Origin: Eubacteriales bacterium
Lineage (GTDB): Bacteria > Bacillota > Clostridia > Oscillospirales > CAG-272
Length of the DNA: 64,000 bases
Assembly: GCA_045531455.1 (NCBI GenBank)
Contig: JAZSEA010000075.1
Location: 2,922 to 66,921, forward strand
Direction of reading: 5' to 3'
Numbering within the stretch: position 1 is the first letter of the stretch; each line of letters starts with the position of its first letter. Positions 9,896 through 17,963 of this stretch are shown here, one piece after another. The position numbers and the translations under genes are program-made. The notes under the pieces are model-generated. The model searched no databases and was not told the origin of the DNA. It saw only the letters and a program-made list of their open reading frames with translations.

Positions 9896-11553
9896 TTCTT
9901 CGGGAAGCTGTCCTTGAGACCAACGATGCGGTTGAAGGTACCCGGATTCTTCGTGTCCTTAACGTAGTAACCGTTACGAACGAACTGGAATCTGTCTCCG
10001 GCTTCTGCATCTGCAAGTGCGGGCTCAATCATGCAACCTTCGAGCTTGATAGCCGATTCGGGATTGAGATAATCGTTGTAGGTCTTACCCTCGGGAATGT
10101 CATCGACGTTCTCAAGAGTGAAGAGGTGATCATAGAGCATAACGACTGCCTTCTGTGCGTAATCAGCGGAGAGCCAATGAATGGTACCCTTGATCTTTCT
10201 GCCGTCAACGGGATTACCGTTACCCGACTCAAGATCTGCAGTAACGTGGATTGTGTTTACAGTACCGTCGGCATTGTACTCGATCTCTCCGCACTTAACG
10301 ATGTAAGCACCCATAAGTCTGACTTCGCCTTCGGGCTTGAGTCGGAAGAACTTGGGAGGCGGAACAGCCGCAAAGTCATCGGCATCAATAACGATGTTCT
10401 TGGTGAAAGGAATCTTTCTTGTGCCTGCCTCGGGATTCTGAGGATTGTTGGAAACCTCGAAATACTCGACCTTGTCGTCGGGATAATTGTCAACAACAAG
10501 CTTGACGGGCTTCATAACAGCGATTCTTCTGGGAGCAGTTGCATTGAGTTCTTCACGGATGCAATGCTCGAGAAGCTCGATGTCAACTACGCTGTAAGCC
10601 TTTGCAACACCAGCGCGGTCAACGAAATCGAAGATAGCCGCGGGAGTGTAACCTCTTCTGCGGAGACCGCAGAGTGTGGGCATTCTCGGATCATCCCAAC
10701 CGTCAACAAGACCGGTCTCGACAAGCTGGCGGAGATAACGCTTACTCATAACGGTATGAGTCACGTTAAGACGGGCAAACTCTCTCTGCTTGGGCTTGGG
10801 ATCAAATCTGATATTCTCTACTACCCAATCATAGAGCGGACGGTGATTTTCAAACTCAAGAGAGCAGAGCGAATGAGTGATTCCCTCGAGCGCGTCCTGG
10901 ATCGGGTGAGCATAGTCGTAGAGAGGATAGATGCACCACTTGTTACCCTGGCGGTGATGCGAGGTATGGACGATGCGGTAGATGGCGGGGTCACGCATAT
11001 TAATATTGGGAGAGGACATATCGATCTTCGCGCGGAGAGTATGAGTTCCGTCCTCAAACTCGCCGTCCTTCATTCTCTCAAAGAGATCGAGGTTTTCCTC
11101 AACAGTACGTTCGCGGTAGGGAGAATTCTTTCCCGCAACGGTAAGAGAACCGCGGTATTCGCGCATCTCCTCAGCGGTAAGATCGCATACGTACGCCTTG
11201 CCGTCCTTGATGAGCTGTACAGCGAATTCATAGCACTTCTCAAAGTAGTCGGAGCCGTAGAAAATTCCGCCGTTCGGTTCACATCCGAGCCACTTGAGAT
11301 CCTCGTAGATCGACTTTACGTATTCATCGTCTTCCTTTACGGGGTTTGTATCATCGTAACGGAGATTGAAAAGACCGTTATACTTCTTTGCAACCTGAGT
11401 ATTGATTCTGATAGCCTTCGCAGAACCGATGTGAAGGTATCCGTTGGGTTCGGGAGGAAAACGGGTGTGGATCTTAAGACCGGGGTTGAGTTCGAGATCT
11501 TCGTCAATGATCTCGTGGATAAAATTACTTGCAATTACCTTTTCTTCGTTCAT
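9892..11553 (-). CDS. glnS: glutamine--tRNA ligase
   Basis: 553 aa. Contains TRFPPEPNGYLHIGSAKA (HIGH) and VMSKR (KMSKS), and the text is GlnRS-like throughout. Confidence 0.95.
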   Translation of the reverse strand: MNEEKVIASNFIHEIIDEDLELNPGLKIHTRFPPEPNGYLHIGSAKAIRINTQVAKKYNGLFNLRYDDTNPVKEDDEYVKSIYEDLKWLGCEPNGGIFYGSDYFEKCYEFAVQLIKDGKAYVCDLTAEEMREYRGSLTVAGKNSPYRERTVEENLDLFERMKDGEFEDGTHTLRAKIDMSSPNINMRDPAIYRIVHTSHHRQGNKWCIYPLYDYAHPIQDALEGITHSLCSLEFENHRPLYDWVVENIRFDPKPKQREFARLNVTHTVMSKRYLRQLVETGLVDGWDDPRMPTLCGLRRRGYTPAAIFDFVDRAGVAKAYSVVDIELLEHCIREELNATAPRRIAVMKPVKLVVDNYPDDKVEYFEVSNNPQNPEAGTRKIPFTKNIVIDADDFAAVPPPKFFRLKPEGEVRLMGAYIVKCGEIEYNADGTVNTIHVTADLESGNGNPVDGRKIKGTIHWLSADYAQKAVVMLYDHLFTLENVDDIPEGKTYNDYLNPESAIKLEGCMIEPALADAEAGDRFQFVRNGYYVKDTKNPGTFNRIVGLKDSFPKK

Positions 11554-11568
11554 TTTAATAACTCACTT

Positions 11569-13257
11569 TCAAAGATTCTCTGCGAAATTTCTGACTCTCG
11601 CTACGATCCTGTCGTAACCGATGATCTGAATTACGGTATAAAGATCGGGAGCATTCATTCTGCCCGTGATAGCAACGCGGACGAACATACTGATATCGGC
11701 AACACTGCCCTTGAAGGAAGCGGGATCAGCCTTGTACTGCTTCATATCGGTAGCAAAACCGAGCGAGCCGGCGATAGCCTTGATCTTCTCAAACCAAGCG
11801 TTGGAATCGTCATTCATATCAAGTGTATCGGCAAACTGACTGAGCGCAGCCTTGACGTCAGCCTTGTCGAAATTATCGGGAATAGCGTCGGTTACCGTAT
11901 AGTAATCGTCATAGAAGAAGCTTACGAACTCCTTGACCTCATCCCAGCGGCCGAAGTCCTTACGAGGCTTCTTGCCGCCGCGGCCGATCGAAAGGATAGC
12001 CTTTGCATATTCGGGCTGAGCCTCAAGCTTGGAAGCAAAATCGGTATCATATTCCTTAGCCCACTCGAGAAGCTGTGCGTAAACCTGCTCTGCAGTCATC
12101 TTGGAAACTACGTTCTTGGAAACGTCGCCGAGCTTAACGATATCAAAGAGACATCCCGATACGCTCATCTTGTTGATGTTGAACTTGAAATCTGTATAAG
12201 GCTTGTCTGCGTTGCCGAGTCTCCACTCCTCAAAGTTGGAGTTGAGAACGGTGAGAAGATACTCAGCAACCGCTTCGGGAGCATAGCCGAGACGAGAATA
12301 GTCGCTCATGTTTGCACCGAGATCGCGCTTCGAGAGCTTCTTCTTGTTGCCGTTTTCATCAAGCTGCATGATCTGCGCGGTGTGGAGATACTTGGGAAGC
12401 TTGAATCCGAGGTAGCGGAAAAGCATGATATGCTTTGCAACGCTGGGGAGCCATTCCTCACCGCGGATGACGTGAGTCGTTCTCATAAGATGATCGTCAA
12501 CTGCGTGCGCAAAGTGATAGGTGGGAATTCCATCGCTCTTGAGAAGAACGAAATCTTCGTCGTTCTCGGGGATCTCGAGCTTGCCCTTTACAAGGTCGGT
12601 GAAGGGAGTCTTCTTGTCGGGATCACCGTCAGAAAGGATGCGGAGAACAAACTTGTTGCCTGCCTCGAGATTTGCCTTAACGTCCTCGATGGTGAACTCA
12701 CGCATCTTGAGCATAGCAGCCTTCTGCTCGGCTGCCGCATTCTCTGTCCATTCCTTAGCCTTAACTTCAGCTTTCTTGTCGGTAGCTTCGAGTACTGCAA
12801 GTTCTTCGTCGGTTGTAAAGCAAGGATATGCCTTTCCCTCGGCAACTAGCTTTTTTGCGTAAACGTGATAGATGTGAGCACGCTCGCTCTGTTTATAAGG
12901 GCCGTAAATACCGTTGTCGATTACCTTACCTTCAGCATCAACGGTCGCGCCTTCATCAAAATTAATACCGTAATGAGCGAGAGTCTTTATCAGATTCTCA
13001 GCAGCACCGGGGATCTCACGCTTTGAGTCGGTATCCTCGATACGAAGATAGAATACACCGCCCGACTGATGCGCGAGTCTCTCGCCGACCATAGTCTGGT
13101 AAACACCGCCGAGATGTACGTATCCCGTGGGGCTGGGCGCAAATCTCGTTACCTTAGCGCCCTCGGGAAGATTGCGCTGAGGATATCTTTCCTCGAGCTC
13201 CTCGGGAGTCACGGTAACGTTAGGGAATAAAAGTTCGGATAGAAGCTTGTAGTCCAT
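11569..13257 (-). CDS. gltX: glutamate--tRNA ligase (long, 562-aa form)
   Basis: Contains RFAPSPTGYVHLGG (HIGH), YLRIEDTDSKRE and KLSKRD (KMSKS). It is longer than the roughly 480-aa bacterial form I recall. Confidence 0.9.
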   Translation of the reverse strand: MDYKLLSELLFPNVTVTPEELEERYPQRNLPEGAKVTRFAPSPTGYVHLGGVYQTMVGERLAHQSGGVFYLRIEDTDSKREIPGAAENLIKTLAHYGINFDEGATVDAEGKVIDNGIYGPYKQSERAHIYHVYAKKLVAEGKAYPCFTTDEELAVLEATDKKAEVKAKEWTENAAAEQKAAMLKMREFTIEDVKANLEAGNKFVLRILSDGDPDKKTPFTDLVKGKLEIPENDEDFVLLKSDGIPTYHFAHAVDDHLMRTTHVIRGEEWLPSVAKHIMLFRYLGFKLPKYLHTAQIMQLDENGNKKKLSKRDLGANMSDYSRLGYAPEAVAEYLLTVLNSNFEEWRLGNADKPYTDFKFNINKMSVSGCLFDIVKLGDVSKNVVSKMTAEQVYAQLLEWAKEYDTDFASKLEAQPEYAKAILSIGRGGKKPRKDFGRWDEVKEFVSFFYDDYYTVTDAIPDNFDKADVKAALSQFADTLDMNDDSNAWFEKIKAIAGSLGFATDMKQYKADPASFKGSVADISMFVRVAITGRMNAPDLYTVIQIIGYDRIVARVRNFAENL

Positions 13258-13275
13258 TTTAAGTTCCTCTATATT

Positions 13276-13890
13276 TCAAAAATTATTATTTCTTATTGTT
13301 CTGATGATATCCGCATCGTTAAGATGCACTGATGCACCGTGACCGGGATGCATCATCGGATTGTAATTGATACGCGAAAGCACCGAAAGCGAATTGAAAA
13401 GCACTCGAGGGTCGCCGCCCGGAAGATCGTATCTGCCGTATCCCGAGCTGAAAAGAGTATCTCCGCAGATTATGTCGGATCCGCAATCGTAGCAGACCGA
13501 TCCCGGAGTATGACCGGGAGTTGAGATCACTTTGATCTTTTCTTTGCCTAAAGAGATTATATCACCGTCTGAGATCACTTCATCTGCTCCGAGCGAAGCA
13601 AATTCCATCCCGAAAATTTCCGAAGCATTGATAGACGGATCGGTCAGCATTCTTGAATCGTTCTCGTGGATCAAAACTTCACATTTATATGAGGCTCGCA
13701 GAGAATCAAGTGTGAGAATATGATCGAAATGCCCGTGAGTGAGAAGGATGTATCTCAGCTTCAAAGAGCCCAAGCGCGCCTTGATTTCGGAAAGAGGCGC
13801 AGAAGGGTCAACAACAGCGGCATCCTGCCCCGAGACTAATATATAAGTGTTTGAAGCAAAGCCTCGGCTGTCAAGCTTGATAATATCCAA
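13276..13890 (-). CDS. MBL-fold metallo-hydrolase
   Basis: 204 aa. The LLTHGHFDHI metal motif is present. A TTG start is preceded by AAGAGG. Confidence 0.8.
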   Translation of the reverse strand: MDIIKLDSRGFASNTYILVSGQDAAVVDPSAPLSEIKARLGSLKLRYILLTHGHFDHILTLDSLRASYKCEVLIHENDSRMLTDPSINASEIFGMEFASLGADEVISDGDIISLGKEKIKVISTPGHTPGSVCYDCGSDIICGDTLFSSGYGRYDLPGGDPRVLFNSLSVLSRINYNPMMHPGHGASVHLNDADIIRTIRNNNF

Positions 13891-13921
13891 CAGGGGTACC
13901 TCTTAAGCATATAGATATAAT

Positions 13922-13950
13922 ATTATATCATATATTTTTAATTTTGTCTA
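13922..13950 (-). promoter_or_regulatory. sigma-A type promoter, TAGACA-17-TGATATAAT (minus strand)
   Basis: On the reverse complement, TAGACA lies at 13950-13945 and TATAAT at 13927-13922, with an extended-10 TG. It lies upstream of the MBL-gltX-glnS gene string. Confidence 0.35.
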
Positions 13951-13961
13951 TAGAAAAATGC

Positions 13962-14002
13962 AAAAAAACGCCGCAAGCGTCTGAAAATCAACGCTTGCGG
14001 CG
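13962..14002 (-). terminator. rho-independent terminator after the family-1 SBP gene
   Basis: 12-bp stem CGCCGCAAGCGT / ACGCTTGCGGCG, followed on the minus strand by TTTTTTT. Confidence 0.7.
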
Positions 14003-14018
14003 GAATAAGTATTATAGA

Positions 14019-15563
14019 TTACTGATCAAGTGCCTTGTTGAGCTTAACAAGACTCTTTTTAAGACCCATAGAAGCCTGCTTTGCCATAGAACCCCAAGCC
14101 TGGTGATTCTGTACAGCAGTTCTGAAGTTACCCTGTCCGATAAGAGAATCGGAGAAGATACGTCCAACGTCGTAAGTGATGTTAGCTCTGATGATATCGT
14201 ACATACGTCCGGAGAGAGCGTCGTCAACGTATCTGGTCTTGAGGGAGATCTCGAAGACTGCGGGAGTAACCTTACGGTAGCCCTCGGATGCGAAGCACTC
14301 GATGAATGCGGATGCCATAGCAGGGTCAGCAACGTCAAGAGCGATTGCGTAGAGAGTGAAGGGGTTACCCATAACGGTGATGTATTTTTCCTGGTCCTTG
14401 TCGTACTTGGGGCAGGGAAGAATTACGAACTTGGTCTCGCCGTAGTCAGCAGCAAGAACCTTGTGGGAAACACGTGCACGGTCCATCATAAAGAGGGAAC
14501 GACCCTGACCGAAGGCTCTCTGGTGGTAAACTTTAGCCTTACCTGCATCATTTTCGGTATAGATTGCATATTCACCTTCGAGAAGGTTGCAGAGTTTGTC
14601 GATAGTGTTAGCAACACGTTCGCCGGAGAAGGAAGGAGACTCTACGATCTCGCCGTCAGCGTTACGCTCACAAATGGTTGCACCCGAACCGTAGAACCAA
14701 GGGTCAACGTGGATACCGGAGGTGATGTAACCGAAGGTATCGCCGGTGTCGTTGGTACAGTTCTTGATGCCGTCGCCGTCGTCCTCGTAAATGCCCTGGC
14801 ACATCTCAATGAACTTGTCATAAGTCCAGTCACCGGACTCAACGAGCTCCTGCGGATTGCTGAGCTGATACTTTTCAAGAAGATCAGTGTTTGCATAGCA
14901 AACGTACATCATCTCAAGTGCATTACGGGAGATATCACCCGAAGCAAAGTAGAGGTTGTCGCCGAAGGTTGCCTGCTCGAGAAGGAGCTCGGACCACCAG
15001 GGCTGATCAAAGTTGAGGTATTCGCAGGTATCGTCAAGCATATTGTAGAGGTATCCGTTAACTGCGCAAGCAGCCATAGAAAGGGAATAACCTGCAATAA
15101 TGTCGAATTCGCGCGCACTGATGGAAACGCTGTTGTTAACGTATGCGTTCCAATCGCCAACGTGGTCAGCGTCACCGTCAACGGTTCTGATGAAGTTAAG
15201 GGTTAAGCCAAGTCTTTCCTCGACCATAACGTTTCTGTCGTAGAGGGACTGTTCAACAATATCACCGCTGAGGTCCTCGTACGCGATGTTGAACTCTTCG
15301 TGCTCAACGTCTGCCCAAGCAAGAATGTTGATCTGGGAGCCGAAGTTGAGTTCGGGAAGATCGTCAAGCTTGTAGCCCTGTTCGTCTACGTCGCTGGATG
15401 TTACTTCCTCGCCGGAGGGAGCGGTTGTGCCTGCGTTGTTAGCTTCAGGCTCTGTTGTGGTGGTACCATCACCGGTGTTTGCGCAGGAAGCAAATGCAGA
15501 GATCATCATTACGGATAACACAAGCATTGCTATCAGGCGCAGAATGGTAGAATTCTTTTTCAT
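14019..15563 (-). CDS. ABC transporter extracellular solute-binding lipoprotein (large family-1, sugar type)
   Basis: Start chosen at MKKNSTILRL (15563), after RBS AAAGGA. The lipobox is AFASC, followed by a Thr/Gly/Glu-rich linker. The ORF track starts 18 nt further upstream. Confidence 0.8.
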   Translation of the reverse strand: MKKNSTILRLIAMLVLSVMMISAFASCANTGDGTTTTEPEANNAGTTAPSGEEVTSSDVDEQGYKLDDLPELNFGSQINILAWADVEHEEFNIAYEDLSGDIVEQSLYDRNVMVEERLGLTLNFIRTVDGDADHVGDWNAYVNNSVSISAREFDIIAGYSLSMAACAVNGYLYNMLDDTCEYLNFDQPWWSELLLEQATFGDNLYFASGDISRNALEMMYVCYANTDLLEKYQLSNPQELVESGDWTYDKFIEMCQGIYEDDGDGIKNCTNDTGDTFGYITSGIHVDPWFYGSGATICERNADGEIVESPSFSGERVANTIDKLCNLLEGEYAIYTENDAGKAKVYHQRAFGQGRSLFMMDRARVSHKVLAADYGETKFVILPCPKYDKDQEKYITVMGNPFTLYAIALDVADPAMASAFIECFASEGYRKVTPAVFEISLKTRYVDDALSGRMYDIIRANITYDVGRIFSDSLIGQGNFRTAVQNHQAWGSMAKQASMGLKKSLVKLNKALDQ

Positions 15564-15690
15564 AAACATACATCCTTTCATGTATTGATTGATAACCTAT
15601 TATAACATAACTTGCACGAATTGTCAATATCTTTTTATTGAGTTTGAATATATTTAAAGATATTTATAAAAGCAGATTGAACAATCTAAC

Positions 15691-15720
15691 AAAAACCAAG
15701 CCGCCATTGCGGCGGCTTGG
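15691..15720 (-). terminator. rho-independent terminator after the family-5 SBP gene
   Basis: 10-bp stem CCAAGCCGCC / GGCGGCTTGG with a 5-nt loop, then TTTTT on the minus strand. Confidence 0.75.
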
Positions 15721-15740
15721 AAATATTTGTTATGAAATAA

Positions 15741-17606
15741 TTATTCAGCAGCTTCAGTTTCAGCTTCGGTCTCGATATCGAGATACTGAACGTAATCCTT
15801 GAGAGTCAGCTTGTTGAATACTCTGTATCCGTAGTAGTTGGACTCGTACTTGGAAAGGTCACCGGAAATGATGAATGCATTCTGGTTGAAGAGTACGGGG
15901 ATTACGGGCATATCGGAGAGAAGGAGAGCCTCAGCCTCGTGGAGCTTAGTTGCGCGAGCAGCTGCATCGGTCTTGTTGGCGAATACTTCCTCGAGAAGAG
16001 CCTCGAATTCTGCGCTGTCATAGCCGGTCTTGTGAGGAGAATCCTCGTAGATACCGGTAAGAGCCGCCTGTTGCATATCCTGACCCTGACCCGAGAGAGA
16101 ACGAGCGAAGGGAGCGAGGATCGAGAATGCATCGGGAGTGAGTGCCTGAAGGTCAATAGCGATTACTTCGTAGTCGTTTGCTGCGAATCTCTCGGAGAAA
16201 GCGTCATCATAGAAGGACTTAGCTGCCTCACCTGCGTAAAGCTCATCGTTGATGGTAGCCTGAACAGCATCGAGAGTTACGTTGAAGCCAAGGGAAGTCC
16301 AGGAAGCAACAACTGCTTCTGCGATAGCCATATGTACTTCATCCTCAGCGCGAACTGAAACAGAGAAGGAGTAATCGGCAGGATTGATACCGGAGGAAGC
16401 GATGAATGCGTTTGCAGCCGACATATCAGCAGTGGTGGAGATGATGTCACCGCCAACGGTTCTGAAGCTTTCCTTAACCGAGCCGGCGTTGAATACGCCG
16501 TAGGGAACGAGAGCGGTAGCTGCTTTTGCAAATACGACTGTCTGTTGGATAGCGGTACGGTCGATAGCTGCGGAGAGAGCAAGTCTTACGTCCTTGTTAG
16601 CGAAGAGCTTTTCAGTGGTGCCGTCAGCCTTTGCGATCTCTGCGTTCTGGTTGAGATAGTATGTATGAGTGGACATAAGGTCGGATACGGTTGCGGTAGA
16701 TGCATAATCTCCTCTTACGCTGAGAGCGATGTCGCCAACGTAGAAGATCTCACCTGCTGCAAACTTTTCAAGCTGCTGCTCCTTGGTAAGAGAGAAGTCA
16801 ATGATAAGGCGGTAAGGAGTTACGGACTTATCAAGATGCTTGTCTTCGGAAGAGCGGCGGAAGTAGGGGTTACGCTCGAGAACGAGTTCAGCGGTCTCGG
16901 GAGTAGCAGTACCGTCCTCGTTGAGACCGTAGCTTACACGGCGAACCATAAAGGGACCCGAGTATGCTGCTGTAGCAGGTCTCTTGGACCAGTCAGCGTA
17001 GTCGTCTACGATGCTTTCCTTGAGAGGAGCAAGCGCTGGGCTGGTGAGATTAAGGATGAACTGATCGTAATTGATCTGACCCTCAAAGTTTACCTGAAGT
17101 GTATGAGAATCGTGAGCGTAGATGCCGACGTCATCGATGGAGCAGTCGCCAAGCTTAGCCTTACGAGCGTTCTTTATATCGTAGAGAAGGCAAGCAGCCT
17201 CGCTATTGAAGCTTGCGTCAAGAATTCTCTTCCAGGAATATACAACATCCTCTGCGGAAACAACGGATCCGTCGGACCAGCAATTGTTTTCCTTAAGGGT
17301 GATCATCATGTAGTATTCATTGGTATTTTCGTCTTCAACGATCTCGTAGTCTTCAACGATAGACTTTTCGATCTTGCCCTTTTCGTTGATCTTGAAGAGA
17401 GTATCAAAGATCAGACCTGCGACCTGAAGAGCCGAATCGTTGTTGAAACAAAGAGCGGGGTCGAGATCGTAAACGGGCTCGGAAAGATAGAGAGTGATCT
17501 CAGCGCCCTTGATGATTTCGCCGTCGATCTTGGAATCGTAGCAGGCGGTGAGAAGTCCGAGACAGCAGATGATGCTGAGAAGTAAAGCTGTAATACGCTT
17601 TGTCAT
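15741..17606 (-). CDS. ABC transporter substrate-binding lipoprotein, family 5 (peptide/nickel type)
   Basis: 621 aa. The lipobox is LLTAC. SBP_bac_5-like text includes DLDPA, FDTLFK and WSDGSVVSAEDVVYSWKRILD. RBS is AAGGAGG. Confidence 0.85.
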   Translation of the reverse strand: MTKRITALLLSIICCLGLLTACYDSKIDGEIIKGAEITLYLSEPVYDLDPALCFNNDSALQVAGLIFDTLFKINEKGKIEKSIVEDYEIVEDENTNEYYMMITLKENNCWSDGSVVSAEDVVYSWKRILDASFNSEAACLLYDIKNARKAKLGDCSIDDVGIYAHDSHTLQVNFEGQINYDQFILNLTSPALAPLKESIVDDYADWSKRPATAAYSGPFMVRRVSYGLNEDGTATPETAELVLERNPYFRRSSEDKHLDKSVTPYRLIIDFSLTKEQQLEKFAAGEIFYVGDIALSVRGDYASTATVSDLMSTHTYYLNQNAEIAKADGTTEKLFANKDVRLALSAAIDRTAIQQTVVFAKAATALVPYGVFNAGSVKESFRTVGGDIISTTADMSAANAFIASSGINPADYSFSVSVRAEDEVHMAIAEAVVASWTSLGFNVTLDAVQATINDELYAGEAAKSFYDDAFSERFAANDYEVIAIDLQALTPDAFSILAPFARSLSGQGQDMQQAALTGIYEDSPHKTGYDSAEFEALLEEVFANKTDAAARATKLHEAEALLLSDMPVIPVLFNQNAFIISGDLSKYESNYYGYRVFNKLTLKDYVQYLDIETEAETEAAE

Positions 17607-17674
17607 GATTTGGGGTTTCCTCCTTGAGTATAGAAAATCGAATATTCTCGTTGCGAGTAAAATCCATTCAATAT

Positions 17675-17703
17675 ATTATATCACTTTCTTTCCGATTTTT
17701 CAA
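17675..17703 (-). promoter_or_regulatory. sigma-A type promoter, TTGAAA-17-TGATATAAT (minus strand)
   Basis: On the reverse complement, TTGAAA lies at 17703-17698 and TATAAT at 17680-17675. It is about 70 nt upstream of the SBP start at 17606. Confidence 0.45.
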
Positions 17704-17963
17704 TGGGAAAATGAAAGGATTGAATATGTTTGGTGGTTTGCACAAACTTACGCAGAAAAACTGTGCAAAATGCACAATCACCGCAACGCATATCCGAGTG
17801 GCATAACAATATTATAATCTAAATTTCAAATAAAATCAAGAGCAGATTGCCATTTTGTCCAAAAAATTAACGAATAATTAAAAATCCAATGCTGCACGCT
17901 GATAATAATCTAAGCATCGCTTTCATAAGCTAATACAGTTACAAATATTTATGAGGCAAATAA

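Noticed and set aside
10126-12849. A 907-aa plus-strand ORF, the longest in the track.
   Set aside because: It is antisense to and codon-aligned with glnS and gltX, whose identities are unambiguous (HIGH and KMSKS motifs). The translation is low-complexity (L/V/I/S-rich) with no motif. It is explained by avoidance of TTA/CTA/TCA in the sense genes.
13944-17585. Plus-strand ORFs of 420 aa (13944-15206) and 346 aa (16545-17585).
   Set aside because: These are shadow frames codon-aligned with the two minus-strand SBP lipoprotein genes, which have lipoboxes, RBSs and terminators. The antisense translations have no start context or motifs.
17548-17817. Small ORFs of 60 aa and 89 aa in the 357-bp SBP / SpoIIP-like intergenic region.
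   Set aside because: They have no RBS, AT-rich low-complexity translations, and overlap the predicted promoter and operator-like repeats.
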